NCBI GenBank assembly: GCA_965223905.1
Contig: CBDCXV010000010.1
Location: forward strand, 960,001 to 1,024,000
From: Candidatus Latescibacterota bacterium
Lineage (GTDB): Bacteria > Latescibacterota > UBA2968 > UBA8231
Direction: 5' to 3'
Length of the DNA: 64,000 nt
The notes under the pieces were generated by a model. The model ran no database searches. It was given only the letters and a program-made list of their open reading frames with translations, and was not told the DNA's origin. Below, one piece after another: positions 29,772 to 38,025 of this stretch. Each line of letters begins with the position of its first letter. Positions within the stretch are counted from its first letter, which is position 1. The position numbers were made by a program, and so were the translations under genes.

Positions 29772-31967
29772 TCAGTACGCGACTGCTATGGTGCGCATGA
29801 CCTCGCTCGAGCGGGAGTCGCCGTCTACGGCGACGCGGATCAGATACAGTCCGGGCGGGACGACCCCACCCTGCTCATCCGTGCCGTCCCACGCCAGCTC
29901 GGGGAAGAGGTCCGAGGTGTACAACCCGTTCTGATCATCCAGCTCGAGAAGCTGACGCACCCGTCGACCGGACAGGTCGAACACCTCCACGGCGATGACG
30001 GATGTGCCGACGACCTGCAGCACCTCGAACTCCAGATCGAGGCCGTCGTTGACCAGATCGCCGTTCGGAGTCACCACCGGCGAGCCGAGTGCTAAGTTGG
30101 CGATGAGATTTTCGCCGGCCACCGACGGACTCAACACCGTGGCCCCTGATTCGGTGGAGATATCGGCCTCGTGCAGCTGTGTCGCGTCACCGGAAACGGC
30201 GCTCTGGAAAGCGTCCTCTGCCCGCAGGATGGCGCGGCTGTCGAAAACAGAGCTGTAGGCCAGCGCGCGGGCCACGAAGTGCAACTTGATGACGGTCCCG
30301 GATTCTCGGATGTGGGGAAAGCTGACGGCAAACCCCCTCGCCGTGAACGACGTGATCATCGGCTCCCCTTCCTCGCCATCAATCGTAGGACCGTCCTGAG
30401 TTTCAAAGACGTGGTCGATGTCCTTGCTGCTATCCCGATAGAGGATTTCGATGCGCTCCAGCCTGCTCACTGGAGCGCCGGTGAACAGCTCCAAGCCGTC
30501 AAACCCCTGAAGCCCTTCGCTATCCATCTCCGTCCGCAGCGCGTAGACGAAGGAAACATCAGTCGCCGGACTCACTCGACGGGGGAAAATTTCCCCTACG
30601 AGCGCGCCGGCCAGGGCCGGTGTTGTAAAATCGAAAGCCAGATTCCGCAGGATGTGGGTCGATTCCAGATCGGTCGTCAGAAAATCGACCCGCACATGAA
30701 AGTATCGGCGCGGTCCCGGTGAGACGATCCTCGCCCCGGTGGGACTCGTGCCTTGTTCGGACCGGTACGGGGGCGACCACGGGCTCCAGTTTTCCAGATC
30801 GTCTCTCACGGAGCCGCGCTCCCATTCGTCGTCCGACCTCCCCTCACCCCTCGGGGAAAGTCTACGGTATTCACTCCGCTCGAGCGGTTCGTCGGGACTT
30901 TCTACAGATTCGGAAAACTCGGGCGCGTCCTTGAGCCCGACTTGCTTCCTCGTATAGGAAAGGGGGGTCTCGTCCCGTCCCGTGCGCGTGCGGATTTCCA
31001 GCCTGGCCTGTCTCGGATCGCCTATCGTCTCCTGCTCCCATCTGAGCTGGCCCCAGGCCGCCGAAGCGGTCTTTATCTCGATGATCGGTGAGTAATACCG
31101 GGCCGCCGGGAAGTACCCTTCGCCGAACACCTGCAGCTTCTCGATCTCGAAGGGGATGGAGGACGTGGCCTGTAAACGGATGAAGCGGATGAGGCGAGGC
31201 GGGTCGATGTCGACTACGGCAACCGGGTCGGGATTGTCCGTGACGCTTGCGTAAGTCTCCCAGATCGGGTTGCCCGCAGCCGTCAAGTTCACACCGTCGT
31301 TGATCCTGAGGTCGAAATTCCTCAGAAAGTCGTCGTGAAACGGAGCGAGGGGATTGGGGAACTCCGTGTTGCGCGGAAAGAATCGGACTGCATTGACGCC
31401 CACACGGCTGCCCAGGTCGAGGATGAGATGGGCACCGTTGATGGGATACGCTTTGCGTTCGAAAGCCACTCCGGTACCGGTTACGTCGGCTTCCGGGGAG
31501 ATCACCTGTTCGAGAAGCCTCTCGAGCCTGTCTCGCTCGCTCCCCGACGCCACGCCGGCGAAACTGCTCGGAGAGGTAATCCCGCCTCCCCGGTTTTGGA
31601 TTTCGGCGGCCAGATTCTGACCCTCCCCTACTCGTTTGGGCAGGATGCCCTCGGGAAAATCAGCGCTCTCGAAATCGATCAGCGGCTCGACGAAAGGACG
31701 GTCGCTGGCGGACCGCGGCAGGGTGTACCCTACCTGCGAGAAGTTCGGGTCGACGGGTGAGCGGTACTCGGGCTCGATGGCCGCGATCGCGTCGTCGGCG
31801 ACCTCGCCTCTCCAGGTGGTCCGACCACTTGGCCCGAAGGTCACGACTTCACGAGCGCCCAGAATCTGCAGCGACAGGAGGACCAGGAGGAGACTGCCCG
31901 CCAAGACGCTCTCGGGAAAACACCGCCTCGAGCGCTGGCCGAAGAGCATGGGAACGCGGCTTTTCAT
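29772..31967 (-). CDS. Secreted discoidin-like protein with C-terminal CHU_C/FlgD-Ig domain (paralog 2)
   Basis: ATG at 31967 with GGAGG; LDLGSRVGVNAVRFFPR, RTRTG, WSPWS, GEIFP, VTPNGDLVND, WDGTD..VVPPGLY; ends AVAY. Confidence 0.8.
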   Translation of the reverse strand: MKSRVPMLFGQRSRRCFPESVLAGSLLLVLLSLQILGAREVVTFGPSGRTTWRGEVADDAIAAIEPEYRSPVDPNFSQVGYTLPRSASDRPFVEPLIDFESADFPEGILPKRVGEGQNLAAEIQNRGGGITSPSSFAGVASGSERDRLERLLEQVISPEADVTGTGVAFERKAYPINGAHLILDLGSRVGVNAVRFFPRNTEFPNPLAPFHDDFLRNFDLRINDGVNLTAAGNPIWETYASVTDNPDPVAVVDIDPPRLIRFIRLQATSSIPFEIEKLQVFGEGYFPAARYYSPIIEIKTASAAWGQLRWEQETIGDPRQARLEIRTRTGRDETPLSYTRKQVGLKDAPEFSESVESPDEPLERSEYRRLSPRGEGRSDDEWERGSVRDDLENWSPWSPPYRSEQGTSPTGARIVSPGPRRYFHVRVDFLTTDLESTHILRNLAFDFTTPALAGALVGEIFPRRVSPATDVSFVYALRTEMDSEGLQGFDGLELFTGAPVSRLERIEILYRDSSKDIDHVFETQDGPTIDGEEGEPMITSFTARGFAVSFPHIRESGTVIKLHFVARALAYSSVFDSRAILRAEDAFQSAVSGDATQLHEADISTESGATVLSPSVAGENLIANLALGSPVVTPNGDLVNDGLDLEFEVLQVVGTSVIAVEVFDLSGRRVRQLLELDDQNGLYTSDLFPELAWDGTDEQGGVVPPGLYLIRVAVDGDSRSSEVMRTIAVAY

Positions 31968-31998
31968 ATTCCTCCGTCTCCTCAGGAATAACGCGACA

Positions 31999-34665
31999 CT
32001 AGAGACCCGCGTAGATGGTGATGAACGATCGGAATGTCGTGCGCGCTTCCGTCTCCTTGAAATCCGTGCGCTCGAGGGCGACTCCCGCAAGTGCGTTGAT
32101 CTCGTAGCCCACATAGTGTGACCGATTGGAGAGCTGGAGGGCCACGGTCGCCGAATCGAAGTCGTTCCCCTTCACATCGAAGTCGTTGAACAAGGCATAC
32201 TCGATGCCGGCCTGAAGGCGACTCGATCGGAGGACGGGTGTCTCAGCGAGGCCCGAAAACAGTTCCATCAGACTCTCACGAGTGTCGAGCGAGAAGAGGC
32301 CGCGGGTCTGCCGCCGATACTCGCTTTTCCAGCGCGGCTCCACGGTCCAGCGTCCGAGCTGATAGCGGTAGCTGGCTTTGTTGACGATTCCGAAAAAGTA
32401 GTCGGATGCATCCAGTCCGAATTCCTCGCGCCGGGACTTTTTCATCAGTTGGTGATAGAGCACCCAGTTGAGTTTCGATTGGATAAGCAGCGACCGCCCC
32501 TGCAGATTGTGACCGAGGAAGATCTGGTTCACCCATGTCTCCCGTGCGAGGAGGGGGTCTTCCACCCTGGTGAGCTCCCCACCCGACAAGGTGTTGTCCG
32601 GCGCCCACTGCAGCAGCGGGTCAGCTATGTCGTCCTCGACCAGTTTGGTCATTTCGAACATCCGCACGCGGCCGAGCTGCGGCAGGTCCTTCGTCATCGA
32701 CACCATGGCGTACGACGCGCGGTTCTCCTCGTGCCCGGAGATCAACGCTTGCCGCAAAACCCCCACGGTCAGGCGCAACTCCGGCGTCAGCTCGGCCCCG
32801 CCGTATAGGTTGAACCCCTCGTGGCCCCGCTTATAGGGATAGTCCGGTTCCTCGTCGTTCTCGTACTGGTCGACCCAGAAATTGTTGTTCATGTCCATGC
32901 CGAACAGGAATTCTGGCCGGTCGGCGTGAAACCGCAGGAAGGGTTCGTCGTGGTCGGGAACTGTGTTGGAGCTGACCACATTGTCATTCTGGTTGATGTC
33001 GGGGACGAAGTCTCCGTTCTGATCCCATCCGGGGAAGACCCTCAAGTCCCCGGCACGCCAGTCAAAGCGGATGTTGTCCGGCCGCGAATCGAGATCGTCG
33101 TTGTCGTCCACCAGCTCCACCCGGCCCTCACGCGCGCTTTCGTAGTCGATACTCCCCGTCGACGACGTCACGAAGGTGCTCGTGTTGTAGGCCGGATCCA
33201 TATGAAAGACCTCGCCGAAGACGAACCACGGATGATTCTTTTTCGAGACGTTGATCATCCAGGCCGGTGCGCTCCGCTGACTTGCGATGCCCGACGATGT
33301 CTTGTGGGTCTCCTTTGCCGCGTTGGGGTATTTCCGGTAACTCCAGCTTCTGTCATATTCGCCGTACAGGTCGAACCCGCGCGCATCGCGCACCTCGATG
33401 CTCGCCCCGAGGACATTCGTGGCCGTGGGCAGGCCATAGGCGAAGCGCACGGTCCGCAGGTTGGTGACGTCCTGCACATTCCCCTTCGCCTGGGTCACCA
33501 GCAGAAGCACCGACCGCTCGTCTTTGTTCGTCTGTCGGTTGGATGTCATCCATACCTGGTAGTCGTTCGCAAGGACCAGCTCGAACTCTACCTTGACGAT
33601 GTCTTCCTTCTGGAACTGCGCCGCATCCACGAATGAAGGACTGTCGAAATCGTAGAGCAGCCGGATCTCCTCTGTCCCGTTAGCGGCGATGAACCCCTGT
33701 TCGACGAATCCGCCCTCTATGATCGGCTCGAATTGAAAGTCCTTTCCCCGTTGCACACTACCGTCCCGATAGGTGATGATGATGTCCGAGTCGGCGGGGA
33801 AGTAGGCAGCGCCACCGACGCCGTCCTCAGGGGAGTCATCCCGCAGGGCGACTTCGACGAGTGAGATGGTCCTGTTCTGCTGCACCGTCATCAGCCCCGA
33901 AAAGGGGTTCCCGGCGAGCTTGTCGGTCAACGTGTTCGATTGGTGGGCGTTGACCATGTGGACCCCGAGCTCGACGAAGTCGCTCACCTGAGCCGTCAGA
34001 CGTCCACCGAAAAGAGCGGTGCTGTTCGTGTGCTGTGACTCGAGATCACGGGTCGAAAGGCCGCCCGGGCTGCTGATCCTTGAGTAGATGAGGGTTCCTT
34101 CATAGCGGTCGGCGGCGAAGTCGAACTGCACACCGTCCCAGCGCGGTTTGGAAAAGACCATAGGGGTCAGCACCGTGCGCAGCCGATTGCTGAGCGTCAG
34201 GGCGAAGGAGTACTGGCCGCCGGCGTCGGCGGCCACGACCACTCCTGAAAACCACTGGGAGAACTTATCCGATTTGAATAGCGTGTTACCGAACTGGAGC
34301 GGCCGGGTCTGGGCGTTGTTGTAGATGAGCCAACCCCGGGTCACCAGGTTGCCGTACAGATCGTAGAAGGTGTCCCCCTCAAGGCTGATATCGACATACC
34401 GCTGGTAGTGGTCTCTGGCGTAGTTGGTGTATTCCCACTGACGCCAGCGGTAGTCCGTGAACAGCTCCTGCGGCACGTACCACTTGCGCACTGCCGGGTC
34501 CATGACTGCCAACAGGACCCCGGGACCCTGTGGTACGAAACTGGCCTCTGGCCCCCGCTGCAGACCGAGGCGCGTAGCGTAGTCCTCTTGACCGTACGCC
34601 GGCTGTGCGCTCAGGCCCTCCAGGACGATGACGAGACCGGCCAAGAATAGAACCCTTGGTCTCAC
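31999..34665 (-). CDS. ~900-aa secreted protein, predicted outer-membrane beta-barrel (paralog A)
   Basis: Signal peptide MRPRVLFLAGLVIVLEGLSAQPAYG; shares DPAVRxWYVPQELF, LRDDSPEDG, RKYPN, DMNNNFWVD, EPRWKSE with paralog B; ends FITIYAGL. Confidence 0.65.
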   Translation of the reverse strand: MRPRVLFLAGLVIVLEGLSAQPAYGQEDYATRLGLQRGPEASFVPQGPGVLLAVMDPAVRKWYVPQELFTDYRWRQWEYTNYARDHYQRYVDISLEGDTFYDLYGNLVTRGWLIYNNAQTRPLQFGNTLFKSDKFSQWFSGVVVAADAGGQYSFALTLSNRLRTVLTPMVFSKPRWDGVQFDFAADRYEGTLIYSRISSPGGLSTRDLESQHTNSTALFGGRLTAQVSDFVELGVHMVNAHQSNTLTDKLAGNPFSGLMTVQQNRTISLVEVALRDDSPEDGVGGAAYFPADSDIIITYRDGSVQRGKDFQFEPIIEGGFVEQGFIAANGTEEIRLLYDFDSPSFVDAAQFQKEDIVKVEFELVLANDYQVWMTSNRQTNKDERSVLLLVTQAKGNVQDVTNLRTVRFAYGLPTATNVLGASIEVRDARGFDLYGEYDRSWSYRKYPNAAKETHKTSSGIASQRSAPAWMINVSKKNHPWFVFGEVFHMDPAYNTSTFVTSSTGSIDYESAREGRVELVDDNDDLDSRPDNIRFDWRAGDLRVFPGWDQNGDFVPDINQNDNVVSSNTVPDHDEPFLRFHADRPEFLFGMDMNNNFWVDQYENDEEPDYPYKRGHEGFNLYGGAELTPELRLTVGVLRQALISGHEENRASYAMVSMTKDLPQLGRVRMFEMTKLVEDDIADPLLQWAPDNTLSGGELTRVEDPLLARETWVNQIFLGHNLQGRSLLIQSKLNWVLYHQLMKKSRREEFGLDASDYFFGIVNKASYRYQLGRWTVEPRWKSEYRRQTRGLFSLDTRESLMELFSGLAETPVLRSSRLQAGIEYALFNDFDVKGNDFDSATVALQLSNRSHYVGYEINALAGVALERTDFKETEARTTFRSFITIYAGL

Positions 34666-34704
34666 TGTTCCCTCCCTTCCTCGGCCAGCCGGGTACGGCC
34701 CCGG

Positions 34705-34755
34705 CTGATCCGGGCACTCATGATCCAGGTACTCAGCTCATGATCCAGGTACTCA
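34705..34755. repeat. Short tandem repeats overlapping the stop codon of the 1086-aa gene
   Basis: ctcatgatccaggtactca at 34717-34735 and 34737-34755, plus a degenerate tgatccgggcactca upstream. Confidence 0.85.
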
Positions 34756-37700
34756 ATACACGAGGGCGACGACGTGCGTGCGTTTTTCGCTGGCGGCGTC
34801 CGCCTCGATGTCGATCTGACAGGCGTAGAGGCCGGGCGGCAGCAAGCGCCCGCTGTCGTCCTCTCCGTTCCAGTCGAAGGTCTGCGGGCCTGCCAATGCC
34901 CGCCGCTCGGGGAGAGTGCGCACCAGCCGTCCGTCCAGGGAGAAAATCCAGACTGTCACAGGCCGTAGCGCCTGTACCCTGAACACGGAAAACCCGATGT
35001 GGACGACATCGTTTACGCCGTCCCCGTTCGGCGTAAACGGATTCGGGGTGATCGCCACATCCTCGATGACCTCGTCGGCGCCCGATACGCCGATGGACAG
35101 CCTCTGTCCCGGCGTCAGATTCGTCGCGTCTCCCGAATCGGCCGGCAGCCAGGGCGACGCCGTGCCGCCCTCCCGAACCGCCACTTCGAGCTCAGTCCCG
35201 TGTCGGTACACGGTGCCGGAGAGGCGTACGCGGACCAGCCTGCCCCGCCCCACTCTCCATCCCCTGTCCCCTCGCCGAAGCCTGGTGTACTCGCTCGCGC
35301 TGAGTGAATCACCCTGGTCGTTGAAGGCGGCTTGCTCACCTGCCGCGGTGACTCTGCGAAAATAACGGATGGGCCCCTTTTCTTTTTCAGACAGCTCCCC
35401 GTACTCGTCGGCGTCGACTTTCTCCAGTCGGGCTTCCTCCCCCTCGCCTGATATGCGGAAATAGCGCGTCGCCCCGAGCTGGTCTGGAGACTCTTCAGCC
35501 AAGCGCGCATAGGAGGTGGCCGTCAGGATCCGGCCGTCCGTTCCCACCGGCACCTGTAACGTGTCTGTGTCACTGGGTGAGACGTCCCGGTAGTAGATCT
35601 GTGGCAGCACATCGGCCGATGCGGCCTCGACGAGCACCGGGAAGCGCAGCAACAGCGAGTCGCCCCCGTCCCCCGCGACGGCGAGGACACTGCCCGCCGA
35701 GCTCGCGAGCCCGTCGGCGTGAGCCAGGTCGAACAGCTGCTCCGGCTCCCCGCGCGCCAGCTCCTCCTCGGTGCCCACCGCCACCTCGACTATGGACAGG
35801 TCGATGTGCGGTTGCGACGAGACCAGCACCTCGTCGAACCCCGGGGTCTTCACATCATCGGGTTCCTCGATGAACGTGGGCGCCAGATAGACCGCGAAGG
35901 TGTCGAGCAACCCCGCGCGGGTCTGCTCGGGCCAGATCTCTGCGGCCAGGCTCCGGACCACGGGAGTGTGAAACTGCACCTCGAGGCGCTCCAGCGCCGG
36001 CACGGCATCCGGCCCGGGGAGGAGACGCGCCTGGACCATCATGTACTTTCGCAGACCTGGCGAACTCGCCTGCTGCCCGGAGACGGTGTGCTTCCTGCTC
36101 CACGGGCTCCACCCCGCTCCCGTCACGAGCGAGGTGTCGATGGGCCCCTTCTGGAAGCTCTTCTTGTACGCCGCAGCGCTTCCCAGGTCGAGTCCGGCTT
36201 TGGAGTAGTAGGTCACGACCTGCCTGATCTGATCACCTGTGCGCGTGCGGATCTCGACCGCCGACGCGCCCGGCGTCTGCGCCTCCCAGCTCACCTCTCC
36301 CAGAGTGACCGCTCCAGGCAGCTCGATCAGATCCGACTCGAGCACGACCTCGGCCGGGGCCCGCGTGGAGAAGGCCATGATCTCCTGTATTCCTACCTTG
36401 AAGAAGTATGCGCTCTCCGGGCTCCCGGGGTTGTTCATAAGCGTCACCAGCTGCAAAAACCTCAATTGACGCGCCGGTGTGACCGGGTCCATGATATAAG
36501 GAGGCAAGAATCCGCCCTCCTGTTGCGCGCATATGGCCTGCGGCGGACACACTCCTGCCGTTCCCCCGCCGAGCCGATCCAGAGAGCTGATCTGCTCCCA
36601 CACCAATTCGCCGCTCACGTCCCGCGCACCGGAGGATCCCCGGAGGCTGTATCCACGCAACCGGGACCCGCATTCCGGTGGGCACTCCGTCGTTACACCA
36701 GCGGTCAGGCGGATGTGATCCACCCAGACATCGGCACCCAGATCGATTTCCACCACCCCTCGATCCGGGTCCCTGCTGTACTGCGATAGATGTTCGTAAT
36801 GAGTACTCAGGTTGCCGTCAAAAGCCTCCTCAGGCTTGCCACGGGATTCGTCATCTGGGTCGGCGAAGCCGACAGATCCCCCCCCCTTCGCCAGATTCAT
36901 GGCCACATTGTCTCCCCAGCCCCAGGCCTCGACCTCGGCCAATCGGGGTAACTCCCGCCGATAATACTCCCGCCGTCCTTTGCGCTCATCGTCGAGGTCC
37001 GCCCACGCGTCCGCCGGGCTCGCCTCCCCGTCCGCCGGGATGGGCTCCTCTCGACCAGCGATATCCCTGACGAAATAGACGATGTCACCCCGGTCGGCGA
37101 CGACGATGTCATCCCGCTTATCGGGAAGGGCCTCCCATTCCTCCTGGGAGATGCGCTCGGCCCGACCGGCGCGCGTGTCCGTGACGACGATGCGGATCGT
37201 CTCGATCACCTTGCCTGTCCAGTCCTCGTTCGACTCCTGCTGAACGAGCCGCTCTTCCTCTGGCTGCGTGGTCCCCTCAAAGCTCGCCGACTGCCGTTCA
37301 CTGACGAATTCGAACTCCCGTTGCGCCGTGTTGGGTGCGTCCAGCGGCGCCAATGTCTCGAATGCCAGCCCCTCTCTCCGAAAAAGCTTGACCGCCGGCG
37401 CCTCCGTAGCTGCCTGAGCTCCCGACAGCCGCAGGATGTAGTTGTAAAAGGGGTCGCCGAGCGCCGCGTCCACGAACTGGAGCCGCAGCCGTTCGACCGG
37501 TACCGGACGACCCAGGTCCACCTCGACCCACCAGCTGCTCAGCGGATCGCTCGGGTCCGGCTCCCAGAACGTGTCGGGATCATCATCCACCAGGTATTTC
37601 GCCAGATGCGGATTGGAGCCGGCTCGGCTCGCACCCGGTCTGACGAAGTAGTCGTAGCCCACGAGGATGCCCTTCAGCAACTTCTCGGTGCTGTCGACGT

Positions 37701-38013
37701 TCATGATGCGCGGGCTCTCGCCCGAGATATCGACCCGGCGCTCGATGCTCGTGTCCGAAAAAATCTCGTACACGCCCCGCAGTTTCCGAGGCCGAACCAC
37801 TATCCGGGACGCATCCTCCTCGGTCTCGCCGATGCTGACGAAGTTCGCCGGATAGGTCCACTGCTCCCAGGCGCGCCCCTCCACAACAACTTTGGTGCGA
37901 CTCACGTCGTGGCCCTTCTGCGCGGCCGCGGGACCCACATCCGTCGCACACCACAACCAGCAACAGGCCGACATCAACGCAACCCGAGAATCGTCTATCT
38001 TCAGCCTCGCCAT
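34753..38013 (-). CDS. Large secreted protein with two discoidin-like domains and a CHU_C/FlgD-Ig C terminus (paralog 1)
   Basis: LVDDDPDTFW..WWVEVDLG, AFDGN..VVEIDLG, RTRTG, WSPWS, AEIWP, FTPNGDGVND, WNGED..LLPPGLY; ends ALVY. Confidence 0.82.
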   Translation of the reverse strand: MARLKIDDSRVALMSACCWLWCATDVGPAAAQKGHDVSRTKVVVEGRAWEQWTYPANFVSIGETEEDASRIVVRPRKLRGVYEIFSDTSIERRVDISGESPRIMNVDSTEKLLKGILVGYDYFVRPGASRAGSNPHLAKYLVDDDPDTFWEPDPSDPLSSWWVEVDLGRPVPVERLRLQFVDAALGDPFYNYILRLSGAQAATEAPAVKLFRREGLAFETLAPLDAPNTAQREFEFVSERQSASFEGTTQPEEERLVQQESNEDWTGKVIETIRIVVTDTRAGRAERISQEEWEALPDKRDDIVVADRGDIVYFVRDIAGREEPIPADGEASPADAWADLDDERKGRREYYRRELPRLAEVEAWGWGDNVAMNLAKGGGSVGFADPDDESRGKPEEAFDGNLSTHYEHLSQYSRDPDRGVVEIDLGADVWVDHIRLTAGVTTECPPECGSRLRGYSLRGSSGARDVSGELVWEQISSLDRLGGGTAGVCPPQAICAQQEGGFLPPYIMDPVTPARQLRFLQLVTLMNNPGSPESAYFFKVGIQEIMAFSTRAPAEVVLESDLIELPGAVTLGEVSWEAQTPGASAVEIRTRTGDQIRQVVTYYSKAGLDLGSAAAYKKSFQKGPIDTSLVTGAGWSPWSRKHTVSGQQASSPGLRKYMMVQARLLPGPDAVPALERLEVQFHTPVVRSLAAEIWPEQTRAGLLDTFAVYLAPTFIEEPDDVKTPGFDEVLVSSQPHIDLSIVEVAVGTEEELARGEPEQLFDLAHADGLASSAGSVLAVAGDGGDSLLLRFPVLVEAASADVLPQIYYRDVSPSDTDTLQVPVGTDGRILTATSYARLAEESPDQLGATRYFRISGEGEEARLEKVDADEYGELSEKEKGPIRYFRRVTAAGEQAAFNDQGDSLSASEYTRLRRGDRGWRVGRGRLVRVRLSGTVYRHGTELEVAVREGGTASPWLPADSGDATNLTPGQRLSIGVSGADEVIEDVAITPNPFTPNGDGVNDVVHIGFSVFRVQALRPVTVWIFSLDGRLVRTLPERRALAGPQTFDWNGEDDSGRLLPPGLYACQIDIEADAASEKRTHVVALVY

Positions 38014-38025
38014 GGCGTTACCTCC

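Noticed and set aside
34705-34755. Short direct repeats as a mini-CRISPR array
   Set aside because: No unique spacers, only two to three abutting units, and no cas genes.
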